Assembly: GCA_964016885.1 (NCBI GenBank) | Contig: OZ024741.1 | Span: forward strand, 18,538,001 to 18,602,000 | Reading direction: 5' to 3' | Source of the DNA: Eledone cirrhosa | Lineage: Eukaryota | DNA: 64,000 nucleotides | Shown here: one piece after another, positions 26,301-39,399 of the stretch | Layout of the letters: each line of letters begins with the position of its first letter | Position numbering within the stretch: the first letter of the stretch is position 1 | The notes under the pieces: generated by a model | The model's input: only the letters and a program-made list of their open reading frames with translations | Told to the model about the DNA's origin: nothing | Databases searched by the model: none | Translations under genes and position numbers: made by a program

Positions 26301-27459
26301 TATGTGTGTGTGTCTGTATCAGTATATGTGTGTGTGTCTCTATCAGTATATGTGTGTGTGTCTGTATCAGTATGTGTGTGTGTCTGTATCAGTATGTGTG
26401 TGTGTGTCTGTATCAGTATGTGTGTGTGTCTGTATCAGTATGTGTTTGTGTGTCTGTATCAGTATGTGTGTGTGTCTGTATCAGTATGTGTGTGCGTGTC
26501 TGTATCAGTATGTGTGTGTGTGTGTGTGTGTCTGTATCAGTATGTGTGTGTGTGTCTGTATCAGTATGTGTGTGTGTCTGTATCAGTATGTGTGTGTGTG
26601 TCTGTATCAGTATGTGTGTGTGTCTGTATCAGTGTGTGTGTGTGTCTGTATCAGTATGTGTGTGTGTCTGTATCAGTATGTGTGTGTGTGTCTGTATCAG
26701 TAAGTGTGCGTATCTGTATCAGTATGTGTGTGTGACTGTATCAGTATGTGTGTGTGTGTCTGTATCAGTGTGTGTGTGTGTGTCTGTATCAGTATGTGTG
26801 TGTATCTGTATCAGTATGTGTGTGTGTGTCTGTATCAGTATGTGTGTATATCTGTATCTGTATGTGTGTGTGTCTGTATCAGTATGTGTGTGTCTGTTTC
26901 AGTATGTGTGTGTGTGTCTGTATCAGTATGTGTGTGTGTCTGTATCAGTATGTGTGTGTGTGTCTGTATCACTATTTGTGTGTGTCTGTATCAGTATGTG
27001 TGTGTGTGTCTGTATCAGTATGTGTGTGTGTCTGTATCAGTATGTGTGTGTGTGTCTGTATCACTATGTGTGTGTATCTGTATCAGTACGTGTGTGTGTC
27101 TGTATCAGTATGTGTGTGTGTGTGTATCAGTATGTGTGTGTGTCTGTATCAGTATGTGTGTGTGTGTCTGTATCAGTATGTGTGTGTGTCTGTATCAGTA
27201 TGTGTGTGCATGTCTGTATCAGTATGTGTGTGTGTGTCTGTATCAGTATGTGTGTGTGTCTCTATCTGTATGTGTGTGTGTGTCTGTATCAGTATGTGTG
27301 TGCATATCTGTATCAGTATGTGTGCGTGTGTCTGCAACAGTATGTGTGTGTGTGTGTCTGTATCAGTATGTGTGTGTGTCTGTATCAGTATGTGTGTGTG
27401 TCTGTATCAGTATATATGTGTGTCTGTATCAGTATGTGTGTGTGTGTCAGTATCAGTAT

Positions 27460-30400
27460 GTGTGTGTGTCTGTATCAGTATGTGTGTGTGTGGCTGTATC
27501 AGTATGTGTGTGCATGTCTGTATCAGAATGTGTGTGTGTGTATGTATCAGTATGTGTGTGTGTCTGTATCAGTATGTATGTGTGTGTCTGTATCAGCATG
27601 TGTGTGTGTGTGTCTGTATCAGTATGTGTGTGTGTCTGTATCAGCCTGTGTGTGTGTCTGTGTCAGTATGTGTGTGTGCATGTCTGTATCAGTATGTGTG
27701 TGTGTCTGTATCAGTATGTGTGTGTGTGTCTGTATCAGTATGTGTGTGTGTCTGTATCAGTATGTGTGTGTGTGTCTGTATCAGTATGTGTGTGTGTCTG
27801 TATCAGTATGTGTGTGTGTCTGTATCAGTATGTGTTGGCATGTCTGTATCAGTATGTGTGTGTGTCTGTATCAGTATGTGTGTGTGTGTTGTATCAGTAT
27901 GTGTGTGTGTCTGTATCAGTATGGGTGTGGGTGTCTGTATCAGTATGTCTGTGTGTCTGTATCAGTATATGTGTGTGTGTCTGTATCAGTATGTGTGTGT
28001 GTGTCTGTATCAGTATGTGTGTATGTCTGTATCAGTATGTGTGTGTGTGTGTCTGTATCAGTATGTGTGTGTGTGTCTGTATCAGTATGTGTGTGTGTGT
28101 CTGTATCAGTATGTGTGTGTGTTTGTATCAGTATGTGTGTGTGTGTCTGTATCAGTATATGTGTGTGTGTCTGTATCAGTATATGTGTGTGTCTGTATCA
28201 GTATGTGTGTGTGTGTCAGTATCAGCATGTGTGTGTGTGTCTGTATCAGTATGTGTGTGTGTCTGTATCAGTATGTGTGTGTGTATGTATCAGTACGTGT
28301 GTGCATGTCTGTATCAGTATGTGTGTGTGTCTGTATCAGTATGTGTGTGTGTGTCTGTATCAGTATGTGTGTGTGCATGTCTGTATCAGTATGTGTGTGT
28401 GTCTGTATCAGTATGTGTGTGTGTGTCTGTATCAGTATGTGTGTGTGTCTGTATCAGTATGTGTGCATGTCTGTATCAGTATGTGTGTGTGTCTTTATCA
28501 GTATGTGTGTGTGCCTGTATCAGTATGTGTGTGTGTGTCTGTATCAGTATGTATGTGTGTCTGTATCAGTATGTGTGTGTGTGTCTGTATCAGTATGTAT
28601 GTGTGTCTGTATCAGTATTTGTGTGTGTGTCTGTATCAGTATGTATGTGTGTCTGTATCAGTATGTGTGTGTGTCAGTATCAGTATGTGTGTGTGTCAGT
28701 ATCAGTATGTGTGTGTGTATCTGTATCAGTATATGTGTGTGTGTCTGTATCAGTATGTGTGTGTGTCTGTATCAGTATATGTGTGTGTGTCTGTATCAGT
28801 ATGTATGTGTGTCTGTATCAGTATATGTGTGTGTGTCTGTATCAGTATGTGTGTGTGTCTGTATCAGTATGTGTGTGTGTGTCTGTATCAGTATGTGTGA
28901 GTGTCTGTATCAGTATGTGTTTGTGTGTCTGTATCAGTATGTGTGTGTGTGTCTGTATCAGTATGTGTGTGCGTGTCTGTATCAGTATGTGTGTGTGTGT
29001 GTGTGTCTGTCTGTATCAGTATGTGTGTGTGTCTGTATCAGTATGTGTGTGTGTGGCTGTATCAGTATGTGTGTGCATGTCTGTATCAGAATGTGTGTGT
29101 GTGTATGTATCAGTATGTGTGTGTGTCTGTATCAGTATGTATGTGTGTGTCTGTATCAGCATGTGTGTGTGTGTGTCTGTATCAGTATGTGTGTGTGTCT
29201 GTATCAGCCTGTGTGTGTGTCTGTGTCAGTATGTGTGTGTGCATGTCTGTATCAGTATGTGTGTGTGTCTGTATCAGTATGTGTGTGTGTGTCTGTATCA
29301 GTATGTGTGTGTGTCTGTATCAGTATGTGTGTGTGTGTCTGTATCAGTATGTGTGTGTGTCTGTATCAGTATGTGTGTGTGTCTGTATCAGTATGTGTTG
29401 GCATGTCTGTATCAGTATGTGTGTGTGTCTGTATCAGTATGTGTGTGTGTGTTGTATCAGTATGTGTGTGTGTCTGTATCAGTATGGGTGTGGGTGTCTG
29501 TATCAGTATGTCTGTGTGTCTGTATCAGTATATGTGTGTGTGTCTGTATCAGTATGTGTGTGTGTGTCTGTATCAGTATGTGTGTATGTCTGTATCAGTA
29601 TGTGTGTGTGTGTGTCTGTATCAGTATGTGTGTGTGTGTCTGTATCAGTATGTGTGTGTGTGTCTGTATCAGTATGTGTGTGTGTTTGTATCAGTATGTG
29701 TGTGTGTGTCTGTATCAGTATATGTGTGTGTGTCTGTATCAGTATATGTGTGTGTCTGTATCAGTATGTGTGTGTGTGTCAGTATCAGCATGTGTGTGTG
29801 TGTCTGTATCAGTATGTGTGTGTGTCTGTATCAGTATGTGTGTGTGTATGTATCAGTACGTGTGTGCATGTCTGTATCAGTATGTGTGTGTGTCTGTATC
29901 AGTATGTGTGTGTGTGTCTGTATCAGTATGTGTGTGTGCATGTCTGTATCAGTATGTGTGTGTGTCTGTATCAGTATGTGTGTGTGTGTCTGTATCAGTA
30001 TGTGTGTGTCTGTATCAGTATGTGTGCATGTCTGTATCAGTATGTGTGTGTGTCTTTATCAGTATGTGTGTGTGTCTGTATCAGTATGTGTGTGTGTGTC
30101 TGTATCAGTATGTATGTGTGTCTGTATCAGTATGTGTGTGTGTGTCTGTATCAGTATGTATGTGTGTCTGTATCAGTATTTGTGTGTCTGTATCAGTATG
30201 TATGTGTGTCTGTATCAGTATGTGTGTGTGTCAGTATCAGTATGTGTGTGTGTCAGTATCAGTATGTGTGTGTGTATCTGTATCAGTATATGTGTGTGTG
30301 TCTGTATCAGTATGTGTGTGTGTCTGTATCAGTATATGTGTGTGTGTCTGTATCAGTATGTATGTGTGTCTGTATCAGTATATGTGTGTGTGTCTGTATC

Positions 30401-30550
30401 AGTATGTGTGTGTGTCTGTATCAGTATGTGTGTGTGTGTCTGTATCAGTATGTGTGAGTGTCTGTATCAGTATGTGTGTGTGTGTCTGTATCAGTATGTG
30501 TGTGCGTGTCTGTATCAGTATGTGTGTGTGTGTGTGTGTCTGTCTGTATC
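27460..30550 (+). repeat. Two tandem copies of the 1563-bp higher-order unit, paralogous to 1-2430 at offset 28177
   Basis: tggctgtat at ~27491/29054, gttggcat ~27834/29397, ttgtatcag 27889/29452. Window position 1 matches 28178 onward. ORF 724 vs 28901. Confidence 0.9.
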
Positions 30551-33440
30551 AGTATGTGTGTGTGTCTGTATCAGTATGTGTGTGTGTGTCTGTATCAGTA
30601 TGTGTGTGTGTCTGTATCAGTGTGTGTGTGTGTCTGTATCAGTATGTGTGTGTGTCTGTATCAGTATGTGTGTGTGTGTCTGTATCAGTAAGTGTGCGTA
30701 TCTGTATCAGTATGTGTGTGTGTCTGTATCAGTATGTGTGTGTGTGTCTGTATCAGTATGTGTGTGTGTGTCTGTATCAGTATGTGTGTGTGTATCTGTA
30801 TCAGTATGTGTGTGTGTCTGTATCAGTATGTGTGTGTGTCTGTATCAGTATGTGTGTGTGTGTCTGTATCAGTATGTGTGTATGTGTCTGTATCACTATG
30901 TGTGTGTGTCTGTATCAGTATGTGCGTCTGTATCAGTATGTGTGTGTGTCTGTATCTGTATGTGTGTGTGTGTCTGTATCAGTATGTGTGTGTGTCTGTA
31001 TCAGTATGTGTGTGTGTGTTTGTATCAGTATGTGTGTGTGTGTATGTATCAGTATGTGTGTGTGTGTCTGTATCAGTATGTGTGTGTGTCTGTATCAGCA
31101 TGTGTGTGTGTCTGTATCAGTATGTGTGTGTGTGTCTGTATCAGTATGTGTGTGTGTCTGTATCAGTATGTGTGTGTGTCTCTGTATCAGTATGTGTGTG
31201 TGTCTGTATCAGTATGTGTGTGTGTCTGTATCAGTATGTGTGTGTGTGTCTGTATCACTATGTGTGTGTATCTGTATCAGTATGTGTGTGCATGTCTGTA
31301 TCAGTATGTGTGTGCATGTCTGTATCAGTATGTGTGTGTGTGTCTGTATCAGTATGTCTGTGCATGTCTGTATCAGTATGTGTGTGTGTCTGTATCAGTA
31401 TGTGTGTGTGTGTCTGTATCAGTATGTGTGTGTGTGTCTGTATCAGTATGTGTGTGTGTCTGTATCAGTATGTGTGTGTGTGTATGTATCAGTATGTGTG
31501 TGTGTGTCTGTATCAGTATGTGTGTGTGTGTCTGTATCAGTATGTGTGTGTGTGTCTGTATCAGTATGTGTGTGTGTCTGTATCAGTATGTGTGTGTGTC
31601 TGTATCACCATGTGTGTGTCTGTCTGTATCGGTATGTGTGTGTGTGTCTGTATCAGTATGTGTGTGTATCTGTATCAGTATGTGTGTGTGTCTGTATCAG
31701 TATGTGTGTGCATGTCTGTATCAGTATGTGTGTGCATGTCTGTATCAGTATGTGTGTGTGTGTCTGTATCAGTATGTGTGTGTGTCTCTATCTGTATGTG
31801 TGTGTGTGTCTGTATCAGTATGTGTGTGCATATCTGTATCAGTATGTGTGCGTGTGTCTGTAACAGTATGTGTGTGTGTGTGTCTGTATCAGTATGTGTG
31901 TGTGTCTGTATCAGTATGTGTGTGTGTCTGTATCAGTATGTGTGTGTGTGTCTGTATCAGTATGTGTGAGTGTCTGTATCAGTATGTGTGTGTGTGTCTG
32001 TATCAGTATGTGTGTGCGTGTCTGTATCAGTATGTGTGTGTGTGTGTGTGTCTGTCTGTATCAGTATGTGTGTGTGTCTGTATCAGTATGTGTGTGTGTG
32101 TCTGTATCAGTATGTGTGTGTGTCTGTATCAGTGTGTGTGTGTGTCTGTATCAGTATGTGTGTGTGTCTGTATCAGTATGTGTGTGTGTGTCTGTATCAG
32201 TAAGTGTGCGTATCTGTATCAGTATGTGTGTGTGTCTGTATCAGTATGTGTGTGTGTGTCTGTATCAGTATGTGTGTGTGTGTCTGTATCAGTATGTGTG
32301 TGTGTATCTGTATCAGTATGTGTGTGTGTCTGTATCAGTATGTGTGTGTGTCTGTATCAGTATGTGTGTGTGTGTCTGTATCAGTATGTGTGTATGTGTC
32401 TGTATCACTATGTGTGTGTGTCTGTATCAGTATGTGCGTCTGTATCAGTATGTGTGTGTGTCTGTATCTGTATGTGTGTGTGTGTCTGTATCAGTATGTG
32501 TGTGTGTCTGTATCAGTATGTGTGTGTGTGTTTGTATCAGTATGTGTGTGTGTGTATGTATCAGTATGTGTGTGTGTGTCTGTATCAGTATGTGTGTGTG
32601 TCTGTATCAGCATGTGTGTGTGTCTGTATCAGTATGTGTGTGTGTGTCTGTATCAGTATGTGTGTGTGTCTGTATCAGTATGTGTGTGTGTCTCTGTATC
32701 AGTATGTGTGTGTGTCTGTATCAGTATGTGTGTGTGTCTGTATCAGTATGTGTGTGTGTGTCTGTATCACTATGTGTGTGTATCTGTATCAGTATGTGTG
32801 TGCATGTCTGTATCAGTATGTGTGTGCATGTCTGTATCAGTATGTGTGTGTGTGTCTGTATCAGTATGTCTGTGCATGTCTGTATCAGTATGTGTGTGTG
32901 TCTGTATCAGTATGTGTGTGTGTGTCTGTATCAGTATGTGTGTGTGTGTCTGTATCAGTATGTGTGTGTGTCTGTATCAGTATGTGTGTGTGTGTATGTA
33001 TCAGTATGTGTGTGTGTGTCTGTATCAGTATGTGTGTGTGTGTCTGTATCAGTATGTGTGTGTGTGTCTGTATCAGTATGTGTGTGTGTCTGTATCAGTA
33101 TGTGTGTGTGTCTGTATCACCATGTGTGTGTCTGTCTGTATCGGTATGTGTGTGTGTGTCTGTATCAGTATGTGTGTGTATCTGTATCAGTATGTGTGTG
33201 TGTCTGTATCAGTATGTGTGTGCATGTCTGTATCAGTATGTGTGTGCATGTCTGTATCAGTATGTGTGTGTGTGTCTGTATCAGTATGTGTGTGTGTCTC
33301 TATCTGTATGTGTGTGTGTGTCTGTATCAGTATGTGTGTGCATATCTGTATCAGTATGTGTGCGTGTGTCTGTAACAGTATGTGTGTGTGTGTGTCTGTA
33401 TCAGTATGTGTGTGTGTCTGTATCAGTATGTGTGTGTGTC
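30400..33440 (+). repeat. Tandem duplication, period 1512 bp
   Basis: ORF starts 30458/31970, 30692/32204 and 31870/33382 are all offset by 1512. Shared taagtgtgcgtat, atcaccat and ctgtaacag markers. Confidence 0.93.
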
Positions 33441-36400
33441 TGTATCAGTATATATGTGTGTCTGTATCAGTATGTGTGTGTGTGTCTGTATCAGTATGTG
33501 TGTGCATGTCTGTATCAGAATGTGTGTGTGTGTATGTATCAGTATGTGTGTGTCTGTATCAGTATGTATGTGTGTGTCTGTATCAGCATGTGTGTGTGTG
33601 TGTCTGTATCAGTATGTGTGTGTGTCTGTATCAGCCTGTGTGTGTGTCTGTGTCAGTATGTGTGTGTGCATGTCTGTATCAGTATGTGTGTGTGTCTGTA
33701 TCAGTATGTGTGTGTGTGTCTGTATCAGTATGTGTGTGTGTCTGTATCAGTATGTGTGTGTGTGTCTGTATCAGTATGTGTGTGTGTCTGTATCAGTATG
33801 TGTGCATGTCTGTATCAGTATGTGTGTGTGTGTCTGTATCAGTATGTGTGTGTGTCTGTATCAGTATGTGTGTGTGTCTGTATCAGTATGTGTGTGTGTG
33901 TCTGTATCAGTATGTGTGTGTGTCTGTATCAGTATGTGTGTGTGTCTGTATCAGTATGTGTGTGCATGTCTGTATCAGTATGTGTGTGGGTGTCTGTATC
34001 AGTATGTGTGTGTGTCTGTATCAGTATATGTGTGTGTGTCTGTATCAGTATGTGTGTGTGTGTGTCTGTATCAGTATGTGTGTGTGTGTCTGTATCAGTA
34101 TGTGTGTGTGTGTCTGTATCAGTATGTGTGTATGTCTGTATCAGTATGTGTGTGTGTGTGTCTGTATCAGTATGTGTGTGTGTGTCTGTATCAGTATGTG
34201 TGTGTGTGTCTGTATCAGTATGTGTGTGTGTTTGTATCAGTATGTGTGTGTGTGTCTGTATCAGTATATGTGTGTGTGTCTGTATCAGTATATGTGTGTG
34301 TCTGTATCAGTATGTGTGTGTGTGTCAGTATCAGCATGTGTGTGTGTGTCTGTATCAGTATGTGTGTGTGTCTGTATCAGTATGTGTGTGTGTCTGTATC
34401 AGTACGTGTGTGCATGTCTGTATCAGTATGTGTGTCTGTCTGTATCAGTATGTGTGTGTGTGTCGGTATCAGTGTTTGTGTGTGCCTGTATCAGTATGTG
34501 TGTGGGTGTCTGTATCAGTATGTGTGTGTGCATGTCTGTATCAGTATGTGTGTGTGTCTGTATCAGTATGTGTGTGTGTGTCTGTATCAGTATGTGTGTG
34601 TGTCTGTATCAGTATGTGTGCATGTCTGTATCAGTATGTGTGTGTGTCTTTATCAGTATGTGTGTGTGTCTGTATCAGTATGTGTGTGTGTGTCTGTATC
34701 AGTATGTAAGTGTGTCTGTATCAGTATGTGTGTGTGTGTCTGTATCAGTATGTATGTGTGTCTGTATCAGTATGTGTGTGTGTGTCTGTATCAGTATGTA
34801 TGTGTGTCTGTATCAGTATGTGTGTGTGTCAGTATCAGTACGTGTGTGTGTCAGTATCAGTATGTGTGTGTGTATCTGTATCAGTATATGTGTGTGTGTC
34901 TGTATCAGTATGTGTGTGTGTCTGTATCAGTATATGTGTGTGTGTCTGTATCAGTATGTATGTGTGTCTGTATCAGTATATGTGTGTGTGTCTGTATCAG
35001 TATGTGTGTGTGTCTGTATCAGTATGTGTGTGTGTGTCTGTATCAGTATGTGTGAGTGTCTGTATCAGTATGTGTGTGTGTCTGTATCAGTATGTGTGTG
35101 TGTGTCTGTATCAGTATGTGTGTGTGTCTGTATCAGTGTGTGTGTGTGTCTGTATCAGTATGTGTGTGTGTATGTATCAGTATGTGTGTGTGTGTCTGTA
35201 TCAGTAAGTGTGCGTATCTGTATCAGTATGTGTGTGTGTCTGTATCAGTATGTGTGTGTGTGTCTGTATCAGTATGTGTGTGTGTGTCTGTATCAGTATG
35301 TGTGTGTGTATCTGTATCAGTATGTGTGTGTGTCTGTATCAGTATGTGTGTGTGTCTGTATCAGTATGTGTGTGTGTGTCTGTATCAGTATGTGTGTATG
35401 TGTCTGTATCACTATGTGTGTGTGTCTGTATCAGTATGTGCGTCTGTATCAGTATGTGTGTGTGTCTGTATCAGTATGTGTGTGTGTGTCTGTATCAGTA
35501 TGTGTGTGTGTCTGTATCAGTATGTGTGTGTGTGTTTGTATCAGTATGTGTGTGTGTGTATGTATCAGTATGTGTGTGTGTGTCTGTATCAGTATGTGTG
35601 TGTGTCTGTATCAGTATGTGTGTGTGTCTGTATCAGTATGTGTGTGTGTGTCTGTATCACTATGTGTGTGTGTCTGTATCAGTATGTGTGTGTGTATGTA
35701 TCAGTATGTGTGTGTGTGTCTGTATCACTATGTGTGTGTATCTGTATCAGTATGTGTGTGTGTCTGTATCAGTATGTGTGTGCATGTCTGTATCAGTATG
35801 TGTGTGTGTGTCTGTATCAGTATGTGTGTGTGTGTCTGTATCAGTATGTGTGTGTGTGTCTGTATCAGTATGTGTGTGTGTCTGTATCAGTATGTGTGTG
35901 TGTGTCTGTATCAGTATGTGTGTGTGTGTCTGTATCAGTATGTGTGTGTGTCTGTATCAGTATGTGTGTGTGTATGTATCAGTATGTGTGTGTGTGTCTG
36001 TATCACTATGTGTGTGTATCTGTATCAGTATGTGTGTGTGTCTGTATCAGTATGTGTGTGTGTGTCTGTATCACTATGTGTGTGTGTCTGTATCAGTATG
36101 TGTGTGTGTCTGTATCAGTATGTGTGTGTGTGTCTGTATCAGTATGTGTGTGTGTGTCTGTATCAGTATGTGTGTGTGTCTGTATCAGTATGTGTGTGTG
36201 TGTATGTATCAGTATGTGTGTGTGTGTCTGTATCAGTATGTGTGTGTGTGTCTGTATCAGTATGTGTGTGTGTGTCTGTATCAGTATGTGTGTGTGTCTG
36301 TATCAGTATGTGTGTGTGTCTGTATCAGCATGTGTGGGTCTGTCTGTATCGGTATGTGTGTGTGTGTCTGTATCAGTATGTGTGTGTGTCTGTATCAGTA

Positions 36401-39399
36401 TGTGTGTGTGTGTCTGTATCAGTATGTGTGTGTATGTCTGTATCAGTATGTGTGTGTGTCTGTATCACTATGTGTGTGTGTGTCTGTATCAGTATGTGTT
36501 TGTGTGTCTGTATCAGTATGTGTGTGTGTCTGTATCAGTATGTTTGTGTGTGTCTGTATCAGTATGTGTGTGTGTGTCTGTATCAGTATGTGTGTGTGTC
36601 TATATCAGTATGTGTGTGTGTGTATGTATCAGTATGTGTGTGTGTGTATGTATCAATATGTGTGTGTGTGTCTGTATCAGTATGTGTGTGTGTCTGTATC
36701 AGTATGTGTGTGTGTCAGTATCTGTATGTGTGTGTGTCTGTATCAGTATGTGTGTGTGTCTGTATCAGTATGTGTGTGTGTGTCTGTATCAGTATGTGTG
36801 TGTGTGTCTGTATCAGTATGTGTGTGTGTCTGTATCAGTATGTGTGTGTGTCTGTATCAGTATGTGTGTGTGTGTCTGTATCAGTATGTGTGTGTGTCTC
36901 TGTATCAGTATGTGTGTGTGTGTCTGTATCAGTATGTGTGTGTGTCTCTATCAGTATGTGAGTGTGTCTGTATCAGTATGTGTGTGTGTGTCTGTATAAG
37001 TATGTGTGTGTGTGTCTGTATCAGTATGTGTGTGTGTCTGTATCAGTATGTGTGTGTGTCTGTATCAGCATGTGTGTGTCTGTCTGTATCGGTATGTGTG
37101 TGTGTGTCTGTATCAGTATGTGTGTGTATCTGTATCAGTATGTGTGTGTGTCTGTATCAGTATGTGTGTGTGTGTCTGTATCAGTATGTGTGTGTATGTC
37201 TGTATCAGTATGTGTGTGTGTGTCTGTATCACTATGTGTGTGTGTGTCTGTATCAGTATGTGTTTGTGTGTCTGTATCAGTATGTGTGTGTGTCTGTATC
37301 AGTATGTTTGTGTGTGTCTGTATCAGTATGTGTGTGTGTGTCTGTATCAGTATGTGTGTGTGTCTATATCAGTATGTGTGTGTGTGTATGTATCAGTATG
37401 TGTGTGAATGTATGTATCAATATGTGTGTGTGTGTCTGTATCAGTATGTGTGTGTGTCTGTATCAGTATGTGTGTGTGTCAGTATCTGTATGTGTGTGTG
37501 TCTGTATCAGTATGTGTGTGTGTCTGTATCAGTATGTGTGTGTGTGTCTGTATCAGTATGTGTGTGTGTGTCTGTATCAGTATGTGTGTGTGTCTGTATC
37601 AGTATGTGTGTGTGTCTGTATCAGTATGTGTGTGTGTGTCTGTATCAGTATGTGTGTGTGTCTCTGTATCAGTATGTGTGTGTGTGTCTGTATCAGTATG
37701 TGTGTGTGTCTCTATCAGTATGTGAGTGTGTCTGTATCAGTATGTGTGTGTGTGTCTGTATCAGTATGTGTGTGTGTCTATATCAGGATGTGTGTGTGTG
37801 TCTGTATCAGTATGTGTGTGCATGTCTGTATCAGTATGTGTGTGTGTCTGTATCAGTATGTGTGTGTGTGTCTGTATCAGTATGTGTGTGTGTCTCTATC
37901 AGTATGTGAGTGTGTCTGTATCAGTATGTGTGTGTGTGTCTGTATCAGTATGTGTGTGTGTCTATATCAGGATGTGTGTGTGTGTCTGTATCAGTATGTG
38001 TGTGCATGTCTGTATCTGTATGTGTGTGTGTGTCTGTATCAGTATATGTGCATGTCTGTATCAGTATGTGTGTGTGTGTCTGTATCAGTATGTGTGTGTG
38101 CATGTCTGTATCAGTATGTGTGTGTGTCTGTATCAGTATGTGTGCATGTCTGTATCAGTATGTGTGTGTGTGTCTGTATCAGTATGTGTGCATGTCTGTA
38201 TCAGTATGTGTGTGTGTGTCTGTATCAGTATGTGTGTGTGTCTGTATCAGTATGTGTGTGTGTCTGTATCAGTATGTGTGTGTGTGTCTGTATCAGTATG
38301 TGTGTGTGTCTGTATCAGTATGTGTGTGTGTCTGTATCAGTATGTGTGTGTGTCAGTATCTGTATGTGTGTGTGTCTGTATCAGTATGTGTGTGTGTCTG
38401 TATCAGTATGTGTGTGTGTGTCTGTATCAGTATGTGTGTGTGTGTCTGTATCAGTATGTGTGTGTGTCTGTATCAGTATGTGTGTGTGTCTGTATCAGTA
38501 TGTGTGTGTGTGTCTGTATCAGTATGTGTGTGTGTGTCTGTATCAGTATGTGTGTATGTCTGTATCAGTATGTGTGTGTGTGTCTGTATCAGTATGTGTG
38601 TGTGTGTCTGTATCAGTATGTGTGTGTGTGTCTGTATCAGTATGTGTGTGTGTCTGTATCAGTATGTGTGTGTGTCTGTATCAGTATATGTGTGTGTCTG
38701 TATCAGTATGTGTGTGTGTCTGTATCAGTATGTGTGTGTGTGTCTGTATCAGTATGTGTGTGTGTGTCTGTATCAGTATGTGTGTGTGTCTGTATCAGTA
38801 TGTGTGTGTGTCTGTATCAGTATGTGTGTGTGTGTCTGTATCAGTATGTGTGTGTGTCTCTGTATCAGTATGTGTGTGTGTGTCTGTATCAGTATGTGTG
38901 TGTGTCTCTATCAGTATATGAGTGTGTCTGTATCAGTATGTGTGTGTGTGTCTGTATCAGTATGTGTATGTGTCTATATCAGGATGTGTGTGTGTGTCTG
39001 TATCAGTATGTGTGTGCATGTCTGTATCAGTATGTGTGTGTGTCTGTATCAGTATGTGTGTGTGTGTCTGTATCAGTATGTGTGTGTGTCTCTATCAGTA
39101 TGTGAGTGTGTCTGTATCAGTATGTGTGTGTGTGTCTGTATCAGTATGTGTGTGTGTCTATATCAGGATGTGTGTGTGTGTCTGTATCAGTATGTGTGTG
39201 CATGTCTGTATCTGTATGTGTGTGTGTGTCTGTATCAGTATATGTGCATGTCTGTATCAGTATGTGTGTGTGTGTCTGTATCAGTATGTGTGTGTGCATG
39301 TCTGTATCAGTATGTGTGTGTGTCTGTATCAGTATGTGTGCATGTCTGTATCAGTATGTGTGTGTGTGTCTGTATCAGTATGTGTGCATGTCTGTATCA

